A DNA stretch of 64,000 nucleotides from an uncultured Nitrososphaeraceae archaeon (GCA_963729045.1 CAVSMN010000012.1:32001-96000); one strand, 5' to 3'; positions 21,790 to 33,790 are shown, counted from the first letter of the stretch. Made by a program: numbers and translations. The notes: generated from the sequence alone by a model not told the origin.

Positions 21790-22627
21790 TTAGCTGCTCA
21801 TATTTTTTATCATATTGTGAAAATCTTCATCTGATACTTTGTTTTTTATTTCCATTATATGTTCTACATCTTTGCCTGCAAGATATCTCAACTTTGGATT
21901 ACTGTCGTTTATGGCATCCAGTACAACCTTAGCAACATATTCAGGGCATTCGCCACTCTCAATTAATTTTTTCATCCCATCTTCCATATTATTCATAAAT
22001 TGAAAGTAAGGTGAATTAGGGTCTTTAGATTTTTCTGCTAATACTGCAGCTTTAATGAAGTTAGTTTTGATTATCCCCGGCTCTACAAGTATAGTTCTAA
22101 TCCCAAATGGTTCAAGTTCATAGGAAATGGATTCAGTTAATCCTTCTATAGCAAATTTTGAACTTGCATAGGCTGAGCTTGTTGCGATGCCAAAACGGCC
22201 AAGTCCTGAACTTATATTGACAATTATTCCAGCACCTCTGATTTCTCATTATGGGTAACACTGCCTGTGTAGCCCGTATCAATCCAAAATAATTTGTGTC
22301 AAATTGTAACTTTATTTCATTTATTAAAAGATCTTCGAAAGCTCCACTCAAACCATATCCTGCATTATTGACAAGAATGTCTATTTTATTAGCCTCATTT
22401 ACTATAGTTTCAATGGCCTGTTTAACTGACATATCGTTTGTAACGTCAAGTTGAACACATCTTAAGGGAATTTTTTCTTTATCTGCAATAGATCTCAGAG
22501 TTGAACTTTTCTGTAAATCCCTCATCGTTGCATATGTTATGAATCCATGTCTTGCAAGCATCAAAGATATTTCAAAACCTATTCCGCTTGAACTTCCAGT
22601 CACAATCGCAACTCTACTTTCACTCAT
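21790..22627 (-). CDS. Short-chain dehydrogenase/reductase, frameshifted near 22230
   Basis: TGSSSGIG and NNAG; YxxSK and EPG motifs continue in the shifted frame into ORF 21790..21996. Confidence 0.88.
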
Positions 22628-23205
22628 GAATGTATGTAAAAATTTCAAATTAATAAGTTATTCAAAAGCAAATAAGTTGACTCAACAACGTATTTAATAT
22701 CTTGGTCAACCCACGTCAAGTGTTCTAGTTGCTCATCTTGATGGAAATACCTAGCAGTAAGAACAAGTTTTTATCAATATTCCACGTGGAGTAGCCCTGT
22801 GTGCATCACTGATTATCAACAAATCTCTCTGAAACCTGAGCTAATTTGTTCATAGGTTTTGTACCAAAATTTACTCAACAGATATGTGTGTTTTCAAACT
22901 TCACTTCGGCTCTACCTTGGTATCAATTGATCAAAGGAAGAGGTTTTAAATCATCCAAAGGAGATGGATTCTTTCGAACATATCTAATTAAAGGTGATGA
23001 TCTAAAAAAAATATTATCTGAGTCATAGATTATTGATCCATCAATTGCAGAATCTATTAAATTAAAAATTCGATCAATTTTGTAACTATTGTAAGGGACT
23101 ATTATGATGACCGACAACAGTGTCTTCTTTGATAATGATACAACAATGACAACGAGAATCTAGACAACTCTTTGATTTCTTATGATTACAGATAGAACAC
23201 ATACA

Positions 23206-23259
23206 TACCTTAGATAGATCTGTATTTGTTCTTACCTTAGATAGATCTGTATTTGTTCT
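23206..23259. repeat. Exact 27-bp tandem duplication TACCTTAGATAGATCTGTATTTGTTCT x2
   Basis: Copies at 23206-23232 and 23233-23259. Confidence 0.9.
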
Positions 23260-23451
23260 CATATTTATTGATTAAAGGGTGGTACCGACTATACAACGAG
23301 ATTATAATTCCTAATATAATAATGACTGTGCCAGGGAGAAAGGTTCTACCTATCATAAGAAAAATGCCTAACGCCATCATGATTATGCTTCCAATCATCA
23401 ATATGTTCATGAATTTCTCAGGCTCCCATCTGTTCTATCGTAAAGTTATTC

Positions 23452-23643
23452 TTAATTGGTAATCTCATTCTCTGGATTCACTTTCTTTTTTCTAATTTTC
23501 CTAACTTTTTCAAGGATCTGTGCTAACTGATCTTCAGAAATTTTCGAAATCCTTGAATCACACTCAATACCTTCTGCGTCCAAAACCTGTTCAGTAATTT
23601 CAACAATTTCGTTCTTATGGGTTATTTCCTCTTCTGTTAACAT
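23452..23643 (-). CDS. Small charged hypothetical protein
   Basis: MLTEEEITHK ORF with acidic/basic helical composition. Confidence 0.55.
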   Translation of the reverse strand: MLTEEEITHKNEIVEITEQVLDAEGIECDSRISKISEDQLAQILEKVRKIRKKKVNPENEITN

Positions 23644-24151
23644 GTTCAAACTTGCAAATCTGAAAAAGGCGAAATCGCTCATGAAATAATACTATGTGTA
23701 GTACTAGTTATATTTATGGACTCAACAATGTCTGGTTCGCTGTCCTCGGTATTTGATATTTTACGCTCTAGTCCATATTACCCAGAAACCTCTTGGGCCT
23801 AAATTCTGTTGTATACTTTTAGCAGGTTAGTTGCTAGTGAAGGATTTTTTTGCAGAAAAATGGCCTTAAAGGAACAATGCTGATAATGAACGAAATAATC
23901 CACATTGCTATATTCACCGCATTATATTATCAGATCTTCTTTGAAAGCCTTTAAATCAATCTATACTACCATTTTGGTTATCCCAGAATAAGGATCATGT
24001 TGTGATTTAATTTCATGGTAGAAAATCCATTTATATTCTAATTATTACTTTGGACCCGAAAAGTTAAACTAGAAATCGGTTATTAGTTTCCTGCTGTTTC
24101 ATAATGTTTATTTATTGCGAGAATTTCAATTTAGATGGTGAATGAGATAAG

Positions 24152-24433
24152 ATGGCTGATAAAATTAAATGTTATCATATTTTAGTAAAGAAACAAAGTG
24201 AAGCATTATTGATATTAGAAAAATTGAAAAAAGGGGAAGGCTTTTCAAATCTGGCTAAGGAGTTTTCTATTGACAAAGGGAGTGGCAAAAAAGGAGGCGA
24301 CCTGGGTTTCTTTGGGAAAGGGATGATGGTCAAACCATTTGAAGAAGCAGCATTCAAGTTAAAAAAGGGAGAGGTTACAGCTGAGCCTGTAAAGACAGAA
24401 TTTGGATATCATATAATAAAACGGTCTGGATAA
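24152..24433 (+). CDS. Parvulin-type peptidyl-prolyl isomerase
   Basis: HILVK, GGDLGFF, MVKPFEEAAF and TEFGYHII motifs. Confidence 0.95.
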   Translation: MADKIKCYHILVKKQSEALLILEKLKKGEGFSNLAKEFSIDKGSGKKGGDLGFFGKGMMVKPFEEAAFKLKKGEVTAEPVKTEFGYHIIKRSG

Positions 24434-25355
24434 TGGTAAAAAAAATTTTATGGTTTATATCCAGATGGATAAGAATTAAATAATTTTGCACTAACTAATG
24501 AGTCTTTGAAATCATAAATATCTAATCAAATGATATTGTTTTCCGGAATGCAAGTGAAATTGACTAACTATCAAGCATGGTTTGCCAATTTAATTTCTTT
24601 TTTTGATCATTTTTCTTCAATGGCAAAAAAATAGTTACAAGGTTTTCTTTTATCTCATTGATTGTTGGATCCTAAATGATTCAAGGGGGTTTATCATCAT
24701 AGGGTTTAATTATATATTGGATTTAAACCTCGGGTATTGTGCATTTTCATTGTTATCCAATTCAAACATGAACCTTATAGACTAGACCAAGGCTTTAATT
24801 TCAAATTAATAGAGAATGAAAAAAACCAACAAAAATTTGGTTTAGTCATACATAGAAACATCGGTGTGTTTGGATAATATGATTTGGGTGTGTAGAAAGG
24901 AGATTATTAAAATAAATTTGGTCCTTGAGTATCGTCTAATGCTAAAAAGATAGTTGACCACATCTAGTAATTCTGCTTTATCTCATCCAGAATTAATTAA
25001 ATTTTGATTTGGTTTGGAGATACGGTTGTTACCATGCAAGATAAGTTAATACTTTGATTTCCACCCTATGTTAGCAAGCATATGCACATGTTGTAATTTC
25101 AATTTTTATTAAAAAGGTATTATTTGCATTATGACAGCAGTCCCACTTTGATAGCAATTTTACACGGGAACACGAGTACACTTGCTATCTAGCAGGGATC
25201 ATAATGCAAACACGGTTTATAGCACCTCAGGTAATATAAACTGAAATATTGTTTAATAATTATCAGTAATCTTTGTCATATTAGTGATGATTAAAATATA
25301 AAAAAGATCGCTTTAATATGGGCATATCTTAACAATATTAACATTAGCAAAAGAA

Positions 25356-26234
25356 ATGCCAATCATAATATCAAAGGATTATCGATTTTTACAACTTTTA
25401 CGTACTAATCTTAAGGTTTTGTATAGCTCTAGGAAAAGAAAGCCCCAAGACAAGATTCATGTTTCTGATATAATCTCTGGTTCCTGCCTACGTAAGGCAT
25501 TTTATGCTCGCACCGTTAAAGACTATGAACTAACTGTAGAAGATATTGACAATTTTGTGAGAGGTGAATCCTCTGAATATATTCTTGTAGGGCTTGCAGA
25601 CATCGGTATAAGTCAAATGGAATTGTTATTTGAAGATAATCTGATAGCAAGGCCTGATCTGATGACAGGAAGCCAATCTCACAGGACAGAATCTAAAGAC
25701 ATGATTTCCACAAAAAAGGATAAAGAGGCTGAAATCATCGTTGAATTTAAAGATACAAAGAGCTTTGAGAGGTTAAAACCAGATAATAAGCGGTTCAAAT
25801 CCTATCTTCGTCAATTATTATATTATTTGGTCATTTCTGGATATGATACAGGGATACTTTGTATTCGTTACGCAAATAATCGAAAAATGGTTTGGATAAA
25901 GCGAGACAGTCAAGGAGATTATTATTTTTCTCCCAAAACAAAAAATCAAAATGATGAAGGAAATTTGGCTGAGATCGAGTCGTGGACAGTAATACTAGAA
26001 AAAGGATCTCCTATCCGGGATGTTTTGAAAGAAGAAATTCGAACGAGGGTTTCTTTACTAAAATCAGCGCTTGATGATAATGCCGATGCTCAATTGCCCA
26101 AGGTGGCTGAAGAATGGAAATGTATAAAATGCCCATTTAAGCAGACTTGTAATCCCGCTAGTGTAATCAAGCAGGATTCTGAAATAGATATTTTAGATGA
26201 AAAGGGATTGATAGTAACAATAGAATCCAATTAG
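25356..26234 (+). CDS. Solo Cas4-like PD-(D/E)xK nuclease with 4Fe-4S Cys motif
   Basis: IHVSD...CLRKAFY, RPD, IVEFK, QLLYY and C-terminal CIKCPFKQTC. Confidence 0.82.
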   Translation: MPIIISKDYRFLQLLRTNLKVLYSSRKRKPQDKIHVSDIISGSCLRKAFYARTVKDYELTVEDIDNFVRGESSEYILVGLADIGISQMELLFEDNLIARPDLMTGSQSHRTESKDMISTKKDKEAEIIVEFKDTKSFERLKPDNKRFKSYLRQLLYYLVISGYDTGILCIRYANNRKMVWIKRDSQGDYYFSPKTKNQNDEGNLAEIESWTVILEKGSPIRDVLKEEIRTRVSLLKSALDDNADAQLPKVAEEWKCIKCPFKQTCNPASVIKQDSEIDILDEKGLIVTIESN

Positions 26235-26415
26235 TTTAGTCAAAATTAAAGAGTAATATCCGTCAACAATTTACTTGTCCGTCAGTTTAAGTGCACTGAG
26301 CAGATTGCGAATATGGAATGTCATTCACGCTCGAAAATTCAGAGACTTGCCGAATTTAAATATTTACTAAATTAAATTAATTTGCTTTGGCAACTAACAT
26401 ACCTCCAATTCAAAT

Positions 26416-26967
26416 CTAACACATCCTCTTAAATGCCCATACCAATTTCCCGCTTGGACCTGTAAAGTTAAATTGATATTTTGGGAAATAAATTTTCTCG
26501 GCCAACGATTTCGTTGTCTTAAATATGACTAGCTTGATTTGCATATCCTTGTTTATTGCTTGGACCAGGCCGCTACAAAATAGCATTATGTATTTTCCAA
26601 TCCCATAACACCTGTATCGTTGATCAATACCTATTTTCTTTATTAAAAGTGCGCAGGTTGGTTCTTGGTAAAATTTCTCTCTCTTACCATTTTCTTCGTA
26701 CTGAGGAAGTAAATCAGATTGTTTCGTATGCAACCTTGTCAGATCAATAGAAAAAAAACCAATCCAATCATCAAAGTACTTTATGACATATTTTACTTCA
26801 TTAGTATTAGATTTACCGTTAAGGATGTAATTCTCATAATACTCTTGAACTGATAACGGGTCCTCACCGTTTGTTTGCCTGAAATCTATCTTTGGTAGTT
26901 GATGTTTCTTTGGATTAAAAATCTTAAATTTTAATCCGTTTGGATCAAATTGAGTCGTCTGAGTCAT
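26416..26967 (-). CDS. GNAT acetyltransferase, TacT/AtaT toxin-like
   Basis: ALLIKKIGIDQRYRCYGIGK acetyl-CoA-binding motif; overlaps the small upstream ORF. Confidence 0.7.
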   Translation of the reverse strand: MTQTTQFDPNGLKFKIFNPKKHQLPKIDFRQTNGEDPLSVQEYYENYILNGKSNTNEVKYVIKYFDDWIGFFSIDLTRLHTKQSDLLPQYEENGKREKFYQEPTCALLIKKIGIDQRYRCYGIGKYIMLFCSGLVQAINKDMQIKLVIFKTTKSLAEKIYFPKYQFNFTGPSGKLVWAFKRMC

Positions 26968-27112
26968 GTCTATGTTTTTCATAAAAGGCAATAGCTTCAG
27001 TTAAGAATTCTTGTTCTGTGGGATTATTCTTACCATTTAAATATTCAGAAATTTGGTGATATTCATCATCTTCCAGGAAAATATCAGAATATAGAGTAAA
27101 CAATTTTGACAT
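26945..27112 (-). CDS. Small acidic protein, putative antitoxin
   Basis: 55 aa; IFLEDDEYHQISEYLNGKNNP...FLTEAIAFYEKH resembles the C-terminal half of DUF1778/TacA antitoxins; overlaps the GNAT start. Confidence 0.55.
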   Translation of the reverse strand: MSKLFTLYSDIFLEDDEYHQISEYLNGKNNPTEQEFLTEAIAFYEKHRHDSDDSI

Positions 27113-27726
27113 GATTATATATCGAAAGAGCACTATTAAAATATCGTTAAAAGAATCTATTCTCTTTATTTTTATCATATCAGCGACTGCATTCGAATTA
27201 AAAGTAAAAGCTTAAGACTCGGTCAACTTTGATAGATACAAAGGTGTGATCCATCCGATGGATACCTAACCCATAATGGACTCAACCATTTGAACAATCA
27301 AATACACTATCTGTTGTTTCTAGTGATATTACCATAACTAAGGGTCATGTAAACACGTTGAAACTTTCTGTTTGTAAACCAATCATGCTTGTTTTACCTG
27401 CATGTTTTTATAGTAGTCAAATGTCCAGTCATAAGCTGTTTACCTACCCGATGTTCATTTTCAAAGCTAGATTCGTGAACTGGAATGACTATCTAAAGAT
27501 ATTCTGCTATCCAAATGAGCCTTATTTTACAAAATTATAGACTATCTTTTAGAGAACCCTAAACTAATGTCAATTACATTTGAAAAAGCATAGTTACAAT
27601 GCCCTCGGGTTTCATACATTTTATTCCTAAATCATTTTGTTTTGTCTTGGTTTAGACTTTATTCTAAGAACGATCCTAAAGCGTTGGGTTTAAAAACCAT
27701 GGTGAAAAATAATCCATGTATTAACA

Positions 27727-28137
27727 ATGAGTCAACACCATACCGACATTACCGAACCTCTTATCAAAAATCTTTTAGAAGACAAGAACTTGGCGTTTGT
27801 TGCTACCCTAATGAAAGACGGATCTCCTCAGATAACTCCTACATGGATCGATATACAAGGTAATGAGATTTTTATCAATACAGCGCTAGGTAGGGTAAAA
27901 CAGAAGAATGTAACGAGAGATCCAAGGATAGCGGTATCTATTGCAGATCGTAATAATCCTTACCATATGGTAACATTGAGAGGAGAAGTCATTGACCAGA
28001 TTACAGGCGAACTGGCTGACAGTCACATAGATAAATTAGCAAAAAAGTATCTAAACAAAGATAAATATCCTTTCAGAGCTCCAGGTGAAAAAAGAGTCAT
28101 TTTAAAGGTAAAACCTACACGAGTGGCATACATATAA
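27727..28137 (+). CDS. PPOX-class F420-dependent oxidoreductase
   Basis: ATLMKDGSPQITPTW, KQKNVTRDPRIAVS and HIDKLAKKY motifs. Confidence 0.9.
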   Translation: MSQHHTDITEPLIKNLLEDKNLAFVATLMKDGSPQITPTWIDIQGNEIFINTALGRVKQKNVTRDPRIAVSIADRNNPYHMVTLRGEVIDQITGELADSHIDKLAKKYLNKDKYPFRAPGEKRVILKVKPTRVAYI

Positions 28138-28496
28138 AATCCATTGAATATCTGCTCAACTATGAATAGAATGTAATATCTCCGAATAAGGGAGGAACAG
28201 TTGAGTTTGAATTTTATTATACCAAATTCAAATCTTAAAAAAAGTATTAGACACACAAATCAATAGCATTTATAGTATTTACTAAGGGTTTAGAAATGCT
28301 GGCAGTGAGTGCCATGACACCCAACCCATCTGAATAAACAAGGGTATTTCAGGAGTATCTCACTTTCTGTCAATATTTAATATCACTTTGTAAGTCCTAA
28401 TTGCTAAATATTTTATTATTTATTACTTTCGACTTACTTGTTGCTCATGTTCATTATTTTTGTTAGAATTTCAAATATGCTAGATTGGGAAAAAAT

Positions 28497-29943
28497 CTAT
28501 AGCATATAGATTATGTCTGAAGAATGGGTTGGATATGCATACAGGATGGGATTATTGAGATCTTTGGCAGTAAGTCCTAATCTTATAGCCATCGAAAATA
28601 TGTTTATGACTTCCTCTGCGTGAGGTCCCAGCAGATGAGCGCCTAAAATTCTGTCACTGCCTTGCTCAATTAATATCTTAAATCCAGAATGAGTTTCACC
28701 TTCACGTCTAGAAGAATTCCATTCAGAGGTATTCATATGATTAATTCTAAATTGAAATCCTTGTTCTATTGCATCTTTTTCCACTTAATCCTACCGACGC
28801 AAGAGGCGGAATGGTAAAGACTACGCTTGGCAGACCAGCATAATTTACTTTACTGCTATTTCCATTTAAAATATTAGTTGATACAATATTCCCTTCATAA
28901 CTTGCTACCGGAGTTAAGGGTGCACCTCCACTTGAGGCAACATCGCCTGCTGCATATACAATAGGGTTTGAAATACTCTGAAGATATTCATTCACTTTTA
29001 TCCCTCTGGGGGTATATTCAATACCACCAGCCATTAGATCGAGTTCTTCAATATTTGGCACTCTGCCTGCGCCATGTACTACCATATCAGATTCTAGTGT
29101 TTTTGTCAATTTGTGCTCTCCTGGGGAATCTACTATAGAAGAATAGTGTACGAGTAATTTGCCATCACTTTCTAATGATGAAGAAGAAGAAATTTTATCA
29201 ATTTTCTCGACCTTTGTTTCTAATCGGACATCTATTCCAATATTTTTACTCTTCTGCACTAGTTGATTAACGAGGTCTGGGTCAAAATGTTCTAAGGCTT
29301 GTTTCCCACGATGAAAAATTGTGATCTTTTTGACACCAGAGCGGGCAGCAATATGCGCAAATTCAAATGATATGTATCCGCCACCAATGAATGCGATATT
29401 GTCAGGTAGTTGATAACTTTCAATATCCAAAAACTGATCACTTGTGATTACATTCTCTAAACCTGGAATACCTAAATTTACAGGTCTTGCTCCAGTTGCT
29501 AAAAAGATGTATTTTCCCTTTATAATATCATTATCTGTGTCTTCATTCGTATTGTTGAATTTCACTTTAATTGTGTCATTACCAATAAATTTGGCTTTTC
29601 CATGAATGGGAATAATTCCAGCCTTGATATAACTGTCTTCTCTTTGTTTTGGAAAAGGCTCTGTAAAGGTTTTCTTAAAGTTTATCAAGTCATGCCAATT
29701 TAGATGAACTTTGTCAACTTCGCTTATGCTCTTATTTTCAAGTCTATGGTTTGCATCAATTGCTTTTGCTGCTTCAACAAGAATTTTTTTTGGTTCGCAG
29801 CCGCGTAAAGCACAAGTACCCCCAAAAGGTAGTGAATCTATAATGGCAACTCTTAGTCCCTTAGAGCGGCAACTTGATGCAACGGTAGTGCCTGCCGTTC
29901 CTGTACCTATTACAATTAAATCATATACGCTTTCATTGTCCAA
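28497..29943 (-). CDS. Pyridine nucleotide-disulfide oxidoreductase (glutathione reductase/dihydrolipoamide dehydrogenase-like), frameshifted near 28785
   Basis: GxGxxG, redox-active GGTCALRGCEPKK, GGGYI, YAAGD; dimerisation domain with YPTHS in the second ORF. Confidence 0.9.
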
Positions 29944-30345
29944 CTAGTACTCAATCCTAAATTAATCAAAAAAAGCAGACTCCTTTAAAGTTTTGAGTTT
30001 TGACCGATGTTACCCCTTATATAACCAATTTAAATCAACATCATCTATATTCACCTACTCTTGTGGATGCAGCAGAACCACTTTGTAACCTATGAATCTT
30101 TACCGAATTTTTCAAGCGATATGGCTTCACTTGACTGATATATATTAATAGAATTTTATCGTGGTATTAATCCTAAACAGATTAACGAGAATGGTGAAAG
30201 TGTTTCTGTCCCTTCCTTCTAAGATTCGACTAAAGTTGCAATACAAATACTACCTGATATGGATAGCAAGCATGTCCAATTGCACTTGGAATTTGGGAAG
30301 TATTCTGCAAAAGTTTTTATCTACTTAAAATAAGGTTATTTTATT

Positions 30346-31584
30346 ATACAATTCCATACCTTCTTTACGCACTTATCAAAGAAAATTATCAGTTTCAATT
30401 TATCTATAATCGTATTTTTTTTATTTTTAATCTTCCTTGCATTTGCGTGCCCAACAACCTTTATTTACCAAACTGCTAATGCCGTATCTTCACCTTCATT
30501 TAAATTACAGGAAATGATCAACGAAAATCGTGATTGGTTTCAAACTTATGGTAATAGCGACCTTAATTTAAAAAACAACTATACTGACATATTGGCTGTA
30601 AATTATCTTAGCGATGGTGAAAACCTAAATGCCACACTTTGGTTGAACGCTGGCATTAGTAATTATACGGACTTTAGTTACAAAAAGCCCTTAAACAAAA
30701 TAAATTATGGAATGCTTATAGATGCTGATTCTAATTCCGAAACAGGATATAGAGGAGCAGATTATGATTTATATTATGAATTAAGGGGTGGCAATCTAAG
30801 TGCCTATCTATATCAACTTTCATCAACAGGAGGCTACAAGTTGATAGGTTCAAACACAAACTTCACGGAATCTTATGATGACTCTGGTGCATTCCTGGGA
30901 TCTGTGGACTTTGGTCTAAATTTGGATTCAATAAATAATCCAAGCCAATACAATCTATTATTCTATTCTGCAGAGTCATTCGGGTCTAACGAAGTGAGGC
31001 AATTTACATCTTGGGTTAGTATTCCGCCACCTACATTACAGGTAACAACATCTCCAGAGGATATCTCAATAAGACAGGGCGAAAGTCTGATGGTTCCAGC
31101 AAGAATAAAATCCACCACAGGATTTTCAAACGATGTAGTTAACATTACACTATCAGGAGATAAAAATAGTGAGTATGCCATAGCCTCTGGTTTCAACTCG
31201 AGTGAACTAATTGTAAATGTGGAAAGAAATCAACCTCCATTATTTAAAATTGACGTTCCCAAAGAAACTCCTTTGGGTATTTACTCAATTCCCTTGATTG
31301 TTTCCATAAGAGAGCCTTCTGAAGCCGTAATAACAAAACCAATAAATGTGAATTCGGTGGGGGGAAAAGTGGACCCAGAATTTGAAATCTCTAAGGAGTA
31401 TCCAACTGAAGGTTATTTGACTAAACCAATAAACTTGACCGTTACTGTAATTGCCCCAATGACCCCTAGTGATCTGTTTAAGGAGTTTTGGGGAACTTAT
31501 GGGTCCTTTATAGGGATTTTTGCCGGCGCTTTTATAGGTGCTTTTGCAAAGGTGTTATTTGATAAAAGAAAGAAAGAAAATTAG
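30346..31584 (+). CDS. Secreted surface protein with C-terminal TM anchor
   Basis: Frame open upstream of ATG 30514 through a hydrophobic signal peptide back to a stop at 30331-30333; C-terminal TM plus basic tail; start codon uncertain. Confidence 0.75.
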   Translation: MQFHTFFTHLSKKIISFNLSIIVFFLFLIFLAFACPTTFIYQTANAVSSPSFKLQEMINENRDWFQTYGNSDLNLKNNYTDILAVNYLSDGENLNATLWLNAGISNYTDFSYKKPLNKINYGMLIDADSNSETGYRGADYDLYYELRGGNLSAYLYQLSSTGGYKLIGSNTNFTESYDDSGAFLGSVDFGLNLDSINNPSQYNLLFYSAESFGSNEVRQFTSWVSIPPPTLQVTTSPEDISIRQGESLMVPARIKSTTGFSNDVVNITLSGDKNSEYAIASGFNSSELIVNVERNQPPLFKIDVPKETPLGIYSIPLIVSIREPSEAVITKPINVNSVGGKVDPEFEISKEYPTEGYLTKPINLTVTVIAPMTPSDLFKEFWGTYGSFIGIFAGAFIGAFAKVLFDKRKKEN

Positions 31585-32362
31585 ATTATTATAAAAATAA
31601 ATATCTATTTCTTTTTTCTTCTAAATGTAGGCAGAAAGTTACAGGTTTTGCCTATTGTTATTTTTCCAAAATAAGTTTGAAATCAGAGGAGCAGGATAAA
31701 AACCATCTAATACTTATTCTTACAAATTACAACATGATTATTAGGAAATTCTGGATCTATAGTCAATCTATAATATCCTCTTAATAATGCTATTTCATTT
31801 GCAGATTTTTGATTACCAATTAGTTAACATTTAATATAGATTTCTTGAATGTTTAACTAAATGATATGTTGTTGTTTTAAATGAGTTTCTTAGTTTAGTA
31901 TAGACTATGAATTAGAGAATCTTACTTTAGTCTTTGAATAAGTGAATTTATTTCATAAATTACTAGACATAATGCATAACTGGTAATGACGATTTATGAC
32001 TATTTGTATCTAATTATTAAGAAATGGTATTCAAATTTTAAAGGAGACTACTATAATAAATGGCACCAATTCCTGGATTTACTTCTATGTATAAGAATAT
32101 TGACTGTAATTGTTATTTATATTAGTAACTGAGTCATAATGACTGTCAGAATCCTATACCTGGTTATATCTTAACTTCTGATGGCAGTCTTTGACTGTCT
32201 TTTAATGATCAAACTAAAAAATATGATTCATATCTTAATAAATTATATTGATTAGTCCATAAATTAAATATGTCAAAGTATAATGATATTTCAATAATCT
32301 TAGCCATGATAATTTTTCTAAATCTCAGATAGAATGATATTCTGATTCAGATGGAATCAATC

Positions 32363-32950
32363 CTAACTTAGCTTCTGAGTTTGTCTGACAAATTCATCCT
32401 TAACTGTAGGCCATTCTTCTCTAATAATACTATAGCAAGCAGTATCTCTTATCCTCCCGTTTCGCATTATTTTGTGATTTCGCAAAATTCCATCCTGCTT
32501 TCCTCCTATTCTTTCAATTGCTTTTCTTGATACTTGATTTAAGACATCAGTTCTAATCTCTACTGCTATGCAGTTTAGCTTTTCAAATGCGTATTGTAAC
32601 ATCAAAAGTTTGGCCTCAGTATTTACAGGAGACCTGCGATAAGATTTTGCTATCCAGGTGTGGCCTATCTCTAGCCTATAATTTTGGTGATCAATATTAA
32701 AAAATCTAGTTGTCCCAACTATGATTTTCAATTGCTTGTCTACTATAATGAAAGGTAAACTAGTATTATCATGTTTTATCATATTCTGCAAATAAATGGA
32801 CATTTCTTCAATGCTCGGGAATGATGTGAATGGGTTTTTCCAGATTTCGCCGTCAGCAGCTGCGCTACATAAACCATTCAAATCATCAGATATGGGCGGA
32901 CGAAGTACTACGTGACTGTGCTCCATAGTTATATCATGGACGTCTAGCAT
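32363..32950 (-). CDS. GNAT N-acetyltransferase, RimJ/RimL family
   Basis: LEIGHTW, NTEAKLLMLQYAFE and NQVSRKAIERIG motifs. Confidence 0.9.
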   Translation of the reverse strand: MLDVHDITMEHSHVVLRPPISDDLNGLCSAAADGEIWKNPFTSFPSIEEMSIYLQNMIKHDNTSLPFIIVDKQLKIIVGTTRFFNIDHQNYRLEIGHTWIAKSYRRSPVNTEAKLLMLQYAFEKLNCIAVEIRTDVLNQVSRKAIERIGGKQDGILRNHKIMRNGRIRDTACYSIIREEWPTVKDEFVRQTQKLS

Positions 32951-33765
32951 ATACCTAACAAGATCAATAATTCATCCTTGCTTTATTAAATACAGTGCTA
33001 TTTCATATGATGATTAATTTTGTCGATCTGTAAACTCTATGGGTTTCACAATCAAATTCAACGATCTATTTTTTAAAATGGCATTATAAATAGACTATCA
33101 ACTAGAATATCAGTCTGTGGGTGGTCTGTTAGGCTGAATTTTGTCAGACAATGGATCTCATAGTACTTAAAAAACACCATTATTATAGCATTTTTATGAT
33201 TTTTAATAATATTGGGATAAAAAGATGTAAATTATGCTGATTATTATATCCTTTTTAGAAATATTTATACAATGATAATATTCCAAATATCTAAAAAGAT
33301 ACTTGAGACGTACGAGGTTTGTTTTGTGCCGTTCATCCATATACGCGAAGGGAGGTGAACTAATGTTATATAAGCAGATACTTATCATGTACACATATAT
33401 AAATGGATAATTCATTATGTTTTGGTATGCCATAGTGTCGCTTTTATATATCCGTAGAACAAATTGACTGGTGATTCTATACTTGGAATATATTCATAAC
33501 TACTTAAAAGTAAACTTTTGCTCTGACTAACGTGCTTTGATTATATACACTTGTGCTTGATATACAATATTAATTATCCATATCGGGTCAAAATAACATA
33601 GTATCATTGTTTTCTTTCAATCAGATAGTCTCTAGACAGCAATGATGAATGTCACGCTTTAGTTTTAGGACAGATTCGAGGATGCAATATTCCGCTTCAA
33701 TCTGTTGATCTTAAGAATTTTCGACGAGCCTCGGTAAGAACTGGAATTAATTATTGTGATTGGAG

Positions 33766-33790
33766 AATATTTCATAGAAACAGTATTATA
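33766..33790 (+). repeat. Left att site AATATTTCATAGAAACAGTATTATA
   Basis: Identical to 41546-41570. Confidence 0.88.

Noticed and set aside
24433..27727. CRISPR array or att repeats around the Cas4-like gene, including ATCCA...TGGAT dyads near 24470 and 27250
   Set aside because: No repeat-spacer pattern; the dyads are short, differ in spacing and are plausible by chance
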